Below are positions 11,135 to 23,451 of a DNA stretch of 64,000 bases, one piece after another. Position 1 is the stretch's first letter; each line of letters starts with the position of its first letter. Location of the stretch: assembly GCF_002113885.1 (NCBI RefSeq), contig NW_018406415.1, positions 1,069,735 to 1,133,734 on the forward strand, given 5' to 3'. Under the pieces are notes generated by a model. It did no database searches and was not told the DNA's origin. It saw only the letters and a program-made list of their open reading frames with translations. The position numbers and the translations under genes are program-made. This stretch comes from Mizuhopecten yessoensis (lineage: Eukaryota).

Positions 11135-14100
11135 ATTTCAAGATTTTCAAGATTTTTTTTATTACGCTCTGACACACAAAGTGTGTAACAAGAGGTCAAA
11201 CAAAATAACATCAATCAAAATAAAACATGACAGAGAGAGTAGATTACACATAGATAGATTCAGCAATATTTCTTAGATAGATTCAGCAATATTTCATAGA
11301 AAGATTCAGCATTATTTCATAGATTCAGCAATATTTCACATTGTTTGATGTACATATGTATCAGATGTATTGTTACAAAGTAACAGTAAGGTTATACATG
11401 AACAGATTCAACATTATTTTCTTACATGTGAAACAGTAAGTTTACGCATAATTATTTCATACATGTGAAACAGTAAGATTACACATCCTCATTTAATACA
11501 TGTGAAACAGTAGTATTATACAAGGACAGATTTAGCATTATTTCACACATGTAGATTACATGTGAACAGATTCAGCATTAGTTCACACGAGTGAGAGTAG
11601 ATTACACATGAACAGATTTATCAGCATTAGTCATATATGTATTGGATACTCAATTTTCACAGCAAATTATCTTCACTGCCATAATCATAATGCAAAGTAT
11701 AGTATTTTTGACATACTGATTTATTTCAATTGTTATTTTTTTATAATTATTTGCAGTTTTACAAGAAATGTACTAGCCCTTTTGATTGATCGTTTGTTAC
11801 ATATTGTGAACATTCATTTCATTTTATCAACATTTGGATTGGTGTAATAATATTTTGGAATTCATTTTTCCCTAATCTGGCGTATGGATTCTTGTTGACA
11901 TTTAAACAAATAATGAAATTCATCTCCTGTTTCATTTCTATTACACAAAGTACATTCTCTTTCCTCTCGAGGAATTCCTATCCAACGGCCAGTTTCCAGG
12001 GGCAGCGGAAAGTTTGACGAGCGAAATTTGCAAAACACAACACGATCCCTCTTGTTTAATTGAGTTAAGTAATTTTCAAAACCAAAATTAGATTTAAATA
12101 ATAGATAATTTTGTCCTCTACTACTTTTTTCGATATCGGCATACCACTTTTGAATAAACTGGTCAGTAAGCTTTTGTGTGATAACATGTTTAAGTTTTTG
12201 TCGTTCTAGAGTAGTCACTTTTTGAGATGTCCAGATATATGTCAACCCTAGATCATTTAGTGTAGTTTTGATAAAATTTAGCCACTTCGAGTGAAATGCG
12301 CCCGTTTCGTGCATTGCATGTATAATATTATATAACTGACTCGATACTTTACCATTTTCTGTTATTAGTTTGTGCCAAAATAAAATCATTCTATTTTTAA
12401 TAGTATTTTCTAAAGGAAAACGTCCCGATTCTCCATATACCGTATAATTAGGCGTAGATTTTCTTAAATTGAGAACTTTTTTTATAAATTTCAAATGTAT
12501 CGTTTCCAAGAGGGTAATATTTTCGAATCCCCATATTTCTGACGCGTATAACAGTATAGGCAATATTAATGTATCAAAAAGTTCAAACTGTAGGTCTACT
12601 GGTAAATTGATATTTCTGATTTTCCTATATAAAGCAAATAATGCTTTCTGGGCTTGTTCAGCTAGTTTCTTTTTCGCCTTACCAAAGTTTCCAGTATAGT
12701 TAAACAATAACCCAAGGTACGGATAAGAATCTACAATTTCAATTTCCTCTCCGCAAAGCATAAATGTACTATTGATTTTCGATTTTCGTTTTGAAAAGAC
12801 AACTATTTTAGATTTATTTGTATTAACATGTAATTTCCATATTTTACAATAATCGCCGAAGACATCTAAAGCTTTCTGTAGACCCTCGGGCGATTCTGCC
12901 AGTACAACAGTGTCATCCGCATATAACAAAATAAACAATTTTAGGTACATTCCAATACAATTTTGACTAAGATTATCAATATCTTTGAGACATTTCACCT
13001 CATTATTAGACAGGAACTCCTCTAGATCATTCAAGTAGATCGAAAATAAAAATGGCGATAAATTTTCCCCTTGTTTTAAACCGATATTGCTCGTGAAGAA
13101 CTGAGTCTGCTCGTTTCCATTTTTTACACATGACTTAGTATCAGTATATAAGTTATAGATTACATTTAGTATTTTGCCATTGATATTGCTTCTCAGCATT
13201 TTTTCCCAAAGTCCAACCCTCCACACTGTATCAAAGGCTTTTTTAAAGTCAATGAATGAACAATATAACTTTTTATTATAGGAGAAATACATTGATATTA
13301 GTGTTTGCATTACAAATATATTTTCTGTAGTAGAATAACCTTTCCTAAAGCCAGCTTGGCTTCCATGAATAAGATTTATTTGATCAGATAATTGATTCAA
13401 TCTATCATTTAGTATAGATGTAAAAAGTTTTCCCAAACACGATACTAAAGTTATTGCTCTATAGTTGTCAAGGTCATTAATGTCGCCCTTGTTTTTGTAT
13501 ATTGGTTTAATTAGCCCCACAGTCCATGACTTAGGTATTATACCAGTATCTAATATTGTATTAAATAATTTGACATATATATTTATAAAAGGCTCTAAAG
13601 AATATTTTATATGTTCATTCAGGATCTCATCGTTTCCACATGCTTTATTATTACTAAGATGTTTAACAGATTTCCTTATCTCTGTCTCAGTTATTGGACC
13701 ATTTAAAACATGGTCATACATATTTTCATCTAATGTAGGTAACTGAAATTCTTCCACATCACTGTTATCAGTATTAAGATTTTTAAAATAATTGAAAATT
13801 TCATCTATTTTTTTATCTACTTTGATATTTTTCCTCGTACAATCTATTTTGTTCAAGATATCCCAAAACTTTTTAGGATCACTTTTTGAGGTTTTTCTTA
13901 TTTCTCCCTCCATTTTTTCTTGGAAGTTTATATAACATTTTTTCATAGTATTACGATATTCTTTACCTTTCTTTTTCAACCTTTTCCTATTCAAATTATT
14001 TTTTATCATTTTATAGTGATGCTTAGCGATATTAAACTCGCGTCTTTTCTTGGCACATTCATGTGAAAACCATTGTTTAGTGTTTTTGTCATTATTACAA

Positions 14101-14232
14101 GGCGTGTATACATTCTTTTTAACACCAAAAACGGATTTACAAGTATCAGAGAAAATATTTCTTATTTCATGTACAACATCATCCATCTCAGATTGGTTTG
14201 ATATATCATTCATCGTTTGCAGTAAACCTGCC
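11135..14232 (-). mobile_element. 5'-truncated RTE-X-like non-LTR retrotransposon (unit A only)
   Basis: RT ORF, a 3' UTR with internal tandem repeats (11230-11640), a 3' hairpin acacactttgtgtgt, aataaa and an (aatcttg)n tail on the minus strand. No endonuclease domain is present. Confidence 0.8.
11862..14213 (-). CDS. LINE ORF2 reverse transcriptase (RTE-X-like), N-terminally truncated, premature stop near the C-terminus
   Basis: Motifs KACGND, YRAITLVSCLGKLF, QAGFR, FIDFKKAFDTV, GLKQGENLSP, LLYADD, YPYLG, GESGRFP and ETGRW..CTLC...GDEFHYLFKC. The frame continues past the stop (IPKYYYTNPN...) to ~11733. Confidence 0.85.
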   Translation of the reverse strand: MNDISNQSEMDDVVHEIRNIFSDTCKSVFGVKKNVYTPCNNDKNTKQWFSHECAKKRREFNIAKHHYKMIKNNLNRKRLKKKGKEYRNTMKKCYINFQEKMEGEIRKTSKSDPKKFWDILNKIDCTRKNIKVDKKIDEIFNYFKNLNTDNSDVEEFQLPTLDENMYDHVLNGPITETEIRKSVKHLSNNKACGNDEILNEHIKYSLEPFINIYVKLFNTILDTGIIPKSWTVGLIKPIYKNKGDINDLDNYRAITLVSCLGKLFTSILNDRLNQLSDQINLIHGSQAGFRKGYSTTENIFVMQTLISMYFSYNKKLYCSFIDFKKAFDTVWRVGLWEKMLRSNINGKILNVIYNLYTDTKSCVKNGNEQTQFFTSNIGLKQGENLSPFLFSIYLNDLEEFLSNNEVKCLKDIDNLSQNCIGMYLKLFILLYADDTVVLAESPEGLQKALDVFGDYCKIWKLHVNTNKSKIVVFSKRKSKINSTFMLCGEEIEIVDSYPYLGLLFNYTGNFGKAKKKLAEQAQKALFALYRKIRNINLPVDLQFELFDTLILPILLYASEIWGFENITLLETIHLKFIKKVLNLRKSTPNYTVYGESGRFPLENTIKNRMILFWHKLITENGKVSSQLYNIIHAMHETGAFHSKWLNFIKTTLNDLGLTYIWTSQKVTTLERQKLKHVITQKLTDQFIQKWYADIEKSSRGQNYLLFKSNFGFENYLTQLNKRDRVVFCKFRSSNFPLPLETGRWIGIPREERECTLCNRNETGDEFHYLFKCQQESIRQIREK

Positions 14233-15451
14233 AGTCTAACAGTTTCATTTCCTTCAGTATGGTTTGAAAATTCTTGCCTTTTGTTTGGCTTCCATTATAC
14301 AAAATCGTTGCATTCCATGGTTTTGGAAGTGGTCAGTCCAGGTGACTTTGTTAAATGTTTTGGCGCGGTTTTTAGTATTCATTCTTAGACATCCGGAAGT
14401 TTGAAGTCTTGAAGTCTTTCTCCAGATCTGGTATATACACATATAGATGTGACAAAGTCTTATTCTGTAATTGTTTTTTGTTAAATTATTATATTAATGA
14501 GATTTTGGATGAAGTAGCATTAATTATATTGTGAAATTGACCTTTTTATATAATTATCAGAATCTTGATCTTACTTACACGTATATTCAATCAATACATA
14601 GATAACTCTTTTTAAAGTGATGTATATATGTTTTTTATCAACATGATGTAAACTGTGATTTACGTGTCCCTTTTACAGAGATAATAGAGTTTTCGATAGA
14701 GAACGGATACAGATACAGATCTGCATTCTGTGTAAACCCCGGCCCCGACCCATAGTTGGGGTAGGTATTTTAATATTGTATATGAAAATGTAAACAAGTG
14801 CTAATTGATAAGGATAATTGTATTCAATATAATTTGTAAGTAATTTGTGTAAGTAATTTCAACTATTGACAATGATGAAGTCAGTCACTGTAAAGTTAAA
14901 GTATTATCCCTATTTTGAATAACCTATTGTGTATGAACGTATCAATATGTATGCACTGAATGTACATGTAAGGAATTATAGGTAAGCTCTGTGTTTCATT
15001 ATGTAATCAATTGTATTGTGTCTTTGTAGGGTTTTGATTATATTCCACATATTGTGGAAATAAACATGTGAACAAGAAATCTGCGTCGACCTTGATTTAC
15101 ATTCAACTTTACATCAGTGTTGTCATGTAATTGTAAATGTATGACGGGAGATGTAATAACTTGTGCCCAATCCCTTGTTCAAAATAATTGGCGTAACGCA
15201 CAATGAATACGACACCATCAAAAGGATATAACTAATTGTATAAACATGACCTTCCTCAAAGCTCCATAGGTTACGCCCTCCTGTGTTCTGTATGTAAATC
15301 TGACCCCTTGGAATACATACTCAATTTTGAAAGAATATTTTAAATGTTCGAAGAAACACGACGATCTTCAAGGTTCACAGCGAAACTGGTAGGTTTTCGT
15401 TGAAAATAGAAATTAAAACTCGAGTTGTAGTTTTTTGGCATAAGCTCCAAT

Positions 15452-15662
15452 TGGTCAAGCGATTAAGGCGTTTGACGGTCTGCTACCACTAGCCCTTCAC
15501 CATTGGGTCGTCGGTTCGAGGTCTGCGTGGGGCATTCGCCAGCTACTGGCTGTAGGTTGGTGGGGTTTTTCCGGGAATGCCGGCTTGCCTCTACCACTAA
15601 AACCTGGCACGTTCTTAAATGACCGTAACTGTTAATATGACGCAAGACACGAACAAACAAAC
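15452..15662 (+). mobile_element. tRNA-derived SINE (V-domain-like core)
   Basis: A-box-like tggtcaagcgattaag, B-box ggttcgagg, core ggggtttttccgggaatgccgg, family 3' tail and (aaac)n. Confidence 0.75.
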
Positions 15663-16550
15663 GATCTTAACTTGCAGTATGAGTATTTGTGTTAACTTGT
15701 TGTAACAATTGTAATGTGCTATGGCTTCTTGTTGCACACAGAAGTGTGGCCGAGTGCCTTAATAAAAAGTGAAATCTGAAATTTCGAATATGACACTAAG
15801 TCAGATTACCCCGGACAGAGACGTATGCGTCTCTGCTAAGGGATCAGTTTAGACAGGTGTCACTGTTTATCTTATGTAATCAAATCTTGTATAATTAACT
15901 TAATTAAAATATTCAAATACTAAAAATTTCTTTTCAATAAAAAAGAGAGTTGTTTAATGAGGCTCGTGTGTGTTCTTGTTTACTAGTTTAGTATTTTCGG
16001 ATCATAATTGCTTAGACATTCTGCTGACGAACTATTGTATTCACCATGCGAGTTTTGTTAGTTAAGAAACGATTACGCTGTAGTTATAAATGTGTATGAG
16101 AGAGTTATATAGCATGGAGTTCCAACTAATGTTCTTACTTTTTTTGTTATAGGAGATCGAATTTCCCCCTCAACAATCTAGCCTAGCTCTGTCTAGACTG
16201 TAATATTTTAATAGTTTGTAATTTGAAATATTTACCTTTAGTATGGCATTGTCACTGTGTCGTTGATGATACTTTAATTACCATGCAGCACGAGACACAG
16301 TTCTTAGCGTATTAAAACATGACGGCTGTTGAAATATCGCTGGGCAGTGTGAGACTTGACAATGTAATTGTAAATTTACGTTCAAAAGAAAATATAAAAA
16401 AAATACTTTTATTACAACAAAAACAAAACGAAGGTCTGCAATATCGTACAACATGCACATCGGTTGAAATCACCAATGCTGGCAATATGGAAACAATTTT
16501 AACACTCATGTAATTTATCAGAAATATCGTCTGTTGCACTTCACTGATCA

Positions 16551-16680
16551 ACAGGGGTTCGTTACAAATGTCTGAAATACACATATTCTATAGACCTACT
16601 GCCACATATGTTACAGACCTACTGATATGAGTTACTACACACATAACTGAACATTTCAGACATTTGTAACGAACCCCTGT
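16551..16680. mobile_element. 130-bp MITE with perfect 28-bp TIRs
   Basis: acaggggttcgttacaaatgtctgaaat / atttcagacatttgtaacgaacccctgt. No clear TSD. Confidence 0.7.
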
Positions 16681-17172
16681 GCTCCGTCGCAAGATTACTC
16701 ACAGTATCACGCGTCTCGCAGCCACAGTTTCCTCAGTTTCTGACGACATGTCAAATAACGAGGCTGTTGTAGAAACTACCGACTGTAGTTAGATACCCAT
16801 ACAATTAACAAATAAATTCACGCCTGGATTCTTCACAAATTCGAACTTTTCTCTCTGCTATTTTAACTTCCAAAAATAACTCACTCGTGGAGGTCAAGGT
16901 CGGATTCACGGTGTTCACTGTATTTATCAATGCGTGAAATTTGTTCCGGGGAAAAATCGGAACAATTTAAAATCTAACTTTCAGCTCAGATTTCTATTGA
17001 TAAACTTAAATAACCCTATATACATATCACGCAATTGTATTGATTCTGAATTGTGGAATAAAATTGAAGTGTTTGCCAATCAGCACGCGACAATAAGCTG
17101 TTCAAACTATTGAACGAAATTGTGTGCCCTGTCGATAAGGCGGGCATTTTTAATTTTAAATATAAATTATAA

Positions 17173-19534
17173 GTTGGAAAAGAACATAAGAGGCAAACAA
17201 CGCTGACAGGAGCATCAGCAGAAGTAAAGTGCCAGTGCGGAAAGGTGTGTAAGAACATCCGGGGATTGAGGATTCATCAAGCAAGGGTGAAGTGCAGACT
17301 TGTCGAGTTACAGACGCAGCGCTCAGAAGTAATTTCTGGTGAGACGCAGGAGGACCCCAGCCAGGAGGCACCCCATAGTGTTGGGGACCTCTCTGCTTCG
17401 GTTTCGTCACAGGTCAGCCATTCAGACTTGAGTGATACAAACCACGACCAGGGTGTTCAAGCACATCCAACACAGCCAGCACGAAGGTTGAGGATAGAGT
17501 GGCCAAAGATGAACAACAATGAAGCTTGGAGAAGTTTAGATGCTGACTTACATACCATCCTAGAGTCGGCTCTAATGGGAAGCGTAGAAAGGAAGGTTGA
17601 GGCAATGGGAACTATCATCTACACATTCTGCAAGGAACGATTTGGAGTAGGAGGAAAGCAGAGAAATCCTAAGAACGTAATTATCCCGAATAGAAGACAG
17701 GATAACATCCAACGACTCAGGCGAGAACTGAAAGCAGTCACACGACAGTACAGGAGGGCAAGTGATATAGAGAGGATAGGATTACATCAGCTGCGGGACG
17801 ACATCAGGGAGAACTTGGCAAGACTCAGGAAAGCAGAGCAGGTTAAGAAGGCAAGGAAGGATAGAGCAAGGAAGAGGGAGTCCTTTATCAAGGACCCTTA
17901 TTCTTTTACAAAGACTCTGCTGGGAGGGGAAAGATCAGGCCGTTTGAATAGTTCAACAGCAGATATTGAGCAACACCTGAGGGAAACGCACGGAGATGAA
18001 GATAGGGGCATTCCACTTGGGAACTGTCCACGGATAGAAGCAGAGGAGCCGCCAGAGTTTCCGCTTGACACCAAGGAACCAACTTGGAAGGAGATCCAAG
18101 ATGTTGTTAAGAAGGCAAGAACTGGTTCAGCTCCAGGCCCAAGTGGAATTCCTTATAAAGTGTATAAGAAGTGCCCACGGCTTTTGAGGAGACTATGGCA
18201 GTTACTGAGGAAAGTGTGGAAGAAGGGGAAGATACCACCATGTTGGCAGAAGGCAGAGGGATGTTTTGTTCCAAAGGAGAAGGACTCAAAACACATCGGG
18301 CAGTTCAGGACAATTTCCTTGCTGAGTGTTGAAGGCAAGATTTTCTTTGCAGTATTGGCAAGACGGATGACATCATACATGACGACCAATGGATACATTG
18401 ACACATCAGTACAGAAAGGAGGTATCCCAGGCTTTTCAGGTTGTGTGGAGCATACCAGTGTGCTCAGCCAACTAATCAGAGAGGCCAAGTCCAGCCGAGG
18501 GAATCTGACAGTAGTGTGGCTAGACATGGCAAACGCATATGGATCAATACCACATGAGCTGATTGAAGTAGCCCTACAACATTACTTTATCCCGGAGCAT
18601 ATACAGGGAATAGTACGAAGCTACTTCAATGGAATCCAGGTGCGCTTTACTGTCGGGGAGGATACAACATCCTGGCAAAACATGGAGAAAGGAATAGTGA
18701 CAGGATGTACCATATCAGTCATTCTATTTGGCATGGGGATGAATCTTATCTTCAAGACAGCAGGACGGAAACAGGAATCTACCAACCATCGAATCGAGGT
18801 TTTATGGATGACCTGACTGTGACTTCCACCACACACGTCCAAGCAAGATTGGTTCTGTCTGCATTGGAGGAGGTGGTCTCATGGGCGAGGATGAAATTCA
18901 AGGCAAGAAAATCAAGGTGCATGATAATGAGGAAGGGACGACTGACACAACAGTTCAAGCTGAAAGTACAAGGAGAAGAGATCCCATCAATTGTGGACAA
19001 CCCAATCAAGTGCCTATGAAAGTGGTTTGATGTATCACTGAAAGATACCAGCAACATCAGCAGCATGCAGAAGCAGGCAATTGAGTGGATGAGGAAGATT
19101 GACAAGTCAGGCCTAATAGGAAAGTTCAAGGCATGGATATTCCAACATGGACTGCTGCCGAGACTCATGTGGCCCCTAATGCTATATGAGGTTCCTTTGA
19201 CAACAGTGGAAGGACTGGAAAGATCCATCAGCAGCTACCTGCGGAGGTGGCTTGGAGTCCCGCCCAGTTTCTCCAGCATTGGGCTCTACAGCCGGACATC
19301 ATCACTGCAACTCCCACTGTCATCGTTGGTGGAGGAGTTCAAGGTAACAATGGCCAGACTAGTGATGACGCTGCGACATTCAAAGGACGAGAAGATAAGA
19401 AACGCAGGAATCCAGACTAGGACAGGAAGGAAATGGTCTACAAGCCAGTCTGTGGAGCAGGCCGAGGGCGCTCTCAAGCACCTGGACATCGTCGGAGCAA
19501 CCTGCTCAGGCCGGCAAGGGTTTGGGACAATGAT
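17173..19534 (+). mobile_element. Decayed HERO-like (RLE/R2-group) non-LTR retrotransposon, truncated at both ends (unit A only)
   Basis: N-terminal zinc finger CQCGKVCKNIRGLRIHQARVKC; RT motifs SAPGPSG, FRTISLLSVEGK, QKGG, WLDMANAYGS, GIVTGCTIS, GFMDD and KCL*KWF; thumb LPRLMWPL...YLRRWLG. Frameshift at ~18765 and in-frame stop at 19017-19019. The C-terminal RLE nuclease is missing. Confidence 0.85.
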
Positions 19535-19538
19535 ATGA
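17245..19538 (+). pseudogene. Reverse transcriptase ORF of the HERO-like element, broken into three pieces (17245-18816, 18705-19019, 19065-19538)
   Basis: Consecutive RT motifs are distributed over three ORFs in the expected order. Confidence 0.8.
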
Positions 19539-21288
19539 TTTCTTCATTATTGCGTTCACGAACGGTTCAGTGAGTTGGTGAGATATAAGGTCGTTAGAGC
19601 TACCTCCCATCTGTATGCAGTGTGTGTAGCGGCGAGGTCAAATCGATAAATTCGAACAATATTAACATGTCATGTTAATGTTATTTAAAGTAGACGAAAA
19701 TTTTAAGTTAAAGAACGGGCCAAATCTCATCAAAATCAAATTTTTGTATCGCTCCCGTTTATAGATATATTCCACGCGACATTTCAATAAACGGGTGTTA
19801 CGCGAAGATCTGATTTTTGATTAGACTGAAAAAGAGTCGTTTCCTTACAAGTTGTCATGTGTAATAAGTTGATATTCTTTTATATAGCTCAACATCTAAT
19901 ATGAATTTTGATATAAATTGGCCGTTTTCAGAGAATGATTCAGGGGCGAATTAAGGATTTTCTTAATTCGGAATGGGGTAGGGGCGCTGCTGGAAATTTT
20001 TAGTATAAGAAACACCAGCAGCGCCATTTCTTCGATGGGTCCAGGGACATGCTCCCCGGCAAAATTTGAAAACTAGGATCGCTCTCATAGAAACCAGGAG
20101 TATACTTACACATGCTATTATTATTATTTTTCAAAGTTAGCATTCAAACAACTTGCAAAACAAACAAAATACAGAAAGGTAAACTCAAATTCCAGTTTGA
20201 TAAAAGATTAAGAGATCTTATGCCGAACATAGATTAGCAAGACTTTTGGAACCCGCAGCATATAACTATTTGCAAACAAAATAAACATGTCCAAATACTT
20301 TTTAATTCATACGGGGCTACAGTCAACAACACATCTCAACACACAAACCAAATATATTATAAGAATTAATAATCCAGTAAATAAATAAATAGATAAAATA
20401 AAAGGATAAATCGAAACTGCGTAGTTTATTTTAGTTGGTTTAGCCTAAAACAATTTCTTTCTGAGGCTGTGAAAATAGGACGTTACAAGGCCTATTTCGG
20501 ACCAGCAGGACAGTCGACTGTTTTATTTTATTTGCATTAATCGTGTTTTGATAATTTTATTTGCGATAAAATGTTATCCTAAAAATCCAAGGGTAAAACT
20601 CGCAACTTCACAATGAAATATCTTTACTTCAGTCCAAAGAACATGCAGAGAGCGCAACCTGAGTAATTTTGACAATGAATTTTCTAGTTCCTATCGGGGC
20701 GGAACCAGGAATTTAGTTAGGGTGTTGCCCAAACAAGAAGAAAAATGAAACTTCACATAATTTTTCGCGCATGAAGGTTTTATCCTATTTTCTGTCATAT
20801 TAAATAGTCCGTAAATAATACGTTATTATCTTACCAAATTCGATAATTCGATTTTTTTTTTTTTTTTAGTAAAGCCACTTCTTGTTAACTTTGTTAAAGA
20901 ACAGGACATGTACAATTTATTTACAAAGGGGAAGCATTTAAATTAAGAAATATTTAGTTTAGTCCATTCCATACCAGCTTGGCTTCAAACAATGACGAGT
21001 TATCTCCCTTTGAATATCGGTCATTCGTCTGGTCCGGTAAGTTTTCGGTNTTGATAATTTTAGTTTTGTTTACACTTTTATGACATCGTTGATAATTGCA
21101 TTTTGAATAGTTTTTTAAATAAAGTATGCAAAAGATACGAGGAAGGAACATATTTAAAATATAATTAATTCAATAAAGCTAAAAACTGTTTTCCCGAAAG
21201 AAAGAACTCCTATTTATCACCGCAGTCAGCACTGTCGATGTATAACACTGAACAGCTTAGCTCCTGTCAGCGATTTAATAAAGAGGTT

Positions 21289-22637
21289 ATCGAAACTAAG
21301 ATAAATAATGATTTGGAAAAAAATCAAAATTGGGCTAAAATTTGGCTGGTTGAATTCAACCCTGCAAAAAAAAAAGGCTTTACTGATCTCTAACTTTGAA
21401 CTTGAGTATGTTATCGATTTAAAATTTAATAACGTTAGTGTTGATTTTGTTGACAATCATAGGCACCTTGGAGTAATTTTGGATGAAAATTGTAAGTGGA
21501 GTACCCATATTGAAAATATTTGCATAAAGGTATCGAAACAGTTTTAAAAGTGTTTTACGTAATTTGAAATTTATTTTGAGTAGAAGAACTTTAAGTAAAA
21601 TGTATAGATCGTCCATCCTTCCTCTATTAGAATACTGTTGTGAGGTATGGGATGGGTGCACTCTAGGGGACGCAGACAAATTAGAAAAACTTCATCTTGA
21701 AGCTGTAAGGATTATCACCGGGTTACCATCTTACTCAAGTAGAGAATCATTGTATTTTGAAACTGGTCTAGAAACGTTATCTGAACGTAGAACTCGGCGG
21801 AAATTACAAACGTTTTACAAAATCCATAAGAATCTTACACCTTACTATCTTACCTCTTTACTTCACCCTACAGTTTCAGAAACCTCCGTATTGCTGAAAA
21901 TTACTGTATACCTAATTCACGACTTCAACTAACAAATTTGTCTTTTTTCCCCTCCACAATCCGACTCTGGAACCAGTTAGACCTAAATATAAGACACAGC
22001 GTTTCATATACAGCTTTTAAAGATACTCTTCGCAGGCTAAATACATTAGAAGTCCCTATATATTATCTCCTTGGTGATCGAAAAAGTAATATTTTACATG
22101 CCAGATTGAGAAATAACTCTAGTACCTTAAACAATCACTTATTTCATGCTAATTTAATAGATTTTCAGCACTGTCAATGTGGACATCCTATCGAAGATAC
22201 ATATCACTTCTTTTATACTTGTAATAATTATGCGGATCAGAGAATTAAACTCTACGGCGAATCAAATGATTTCATTCCACTAATAGTGACTTGTCATATC
22301 AAGAAAACATCCTTATAGCCAAACAGACGCACCAATTTATTCTAGATACTAACATATTTTGAGTATATTTTCTTGCACTCCTTCATGTTTACCAACTTAT
22401 CCGAATCTAGTTTTCTACCCCCCCCCCCCTCCCCCTCTCTGTGTGTGTCTCTTTTCATCACCTCTCTGTCTCTCTGTCTCTCTCTGTCTCTCTCAATTAA
22501 AGCCAATGTAAATATATATGTTATATGCCATCTTGATAATTTGTAGTAATATATTGTTGGGAAAGGGCTTAATATAAGTTGTAAAACTTTTGCCCAACTC
22601 CTATTGTATATAAATTACAATAAAATATGTTTAAAAC
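21289..22637 (+). mobile_element. 5'-truncated CR1-type LINE with 12-bp TSD (unit B only)
   Basis: Fragmented RT C-terminus (HRHLGV, LEYCCEVWDGC, SFFPSTIRLWNQL, CQCG..EDTYHFFYTC), 3' UTR with (ct)n and aataaaatatgtttaaaac. TSD aataaagaggtt at 21277-21288 and 22638-22649. Confidence 0.85.
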
Positions 22638-23451
22638 AATAAAGAGGTTTAGCACCATTTAACCCCTTCCCGGTACCCATCGGACCTTTCTATAATTGTA
22701 TGTCCGAATAGTTCCGGATGTATGCCACAGTCACCCGTAAATCGCGTCCTGTGCCTTTGTTATTTACGCTTATTCGTGTGGATCGAACTGATTCTCAGAT
22801 ATGTGTGTATACCAAATATTTAAAAATGTGATTTAAAAAAGTATCAGCAGCTTAACACAATGTAATCAAATCGTTAATCAAAGGTTTATTTCTTAATAGT
22901 CCCGAAAATGTCTATAGAATGATGCGTGATAATAATTTTCTCTTTAATCAGTCTTATTTCTATTGTTAAATTATTTCAATATCTGTCGCAGTATCGGCGA
23001 TAAAAAATGTGCAATATTTTTTGTAAGTTAACAAAGACCACGCAGTACCCGAACCCGATACACGTATTCGTTGTTATGACTTGGACACCGTACATGTTAT
23101 CAGCATTGGTTAAACTTGAGCATGAAGCCTACACACCGACACTCGCAAACCAAACTGTGAACTGTTAACTGTACACACACAAAAAGGATTTTATTTAACA
23201 ATTGGTGTACAGTCAAGATAAATATGATTGCAAAAAAAAGAGTGCAGAAATATTGAACACAGTCGAAGGATACTACAGGACACATGCACTGGGAGTTTAA
23301 CCTGATTGGAATACACGCCTACATAGTAGAGGACGTGATGTGTAGACAGGAAGTGACGACTGTGGTGTACAGTTATAAGGAAATGAAAGAACAATACGCC
23401 GTTCTTTCGTCTTAATTTAAGCAACAGTATACAATATTTATTTTTTAATTA

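Noticed and set aside
11862-19538. RTs as a retron/DGR-like or domesticated system coupled to the glycosyltransferase
   Set aside because: Both are ordinary truncated non-LTR elements with disabling lesions, present in only one duplicate, with no template/variable repeat pair.
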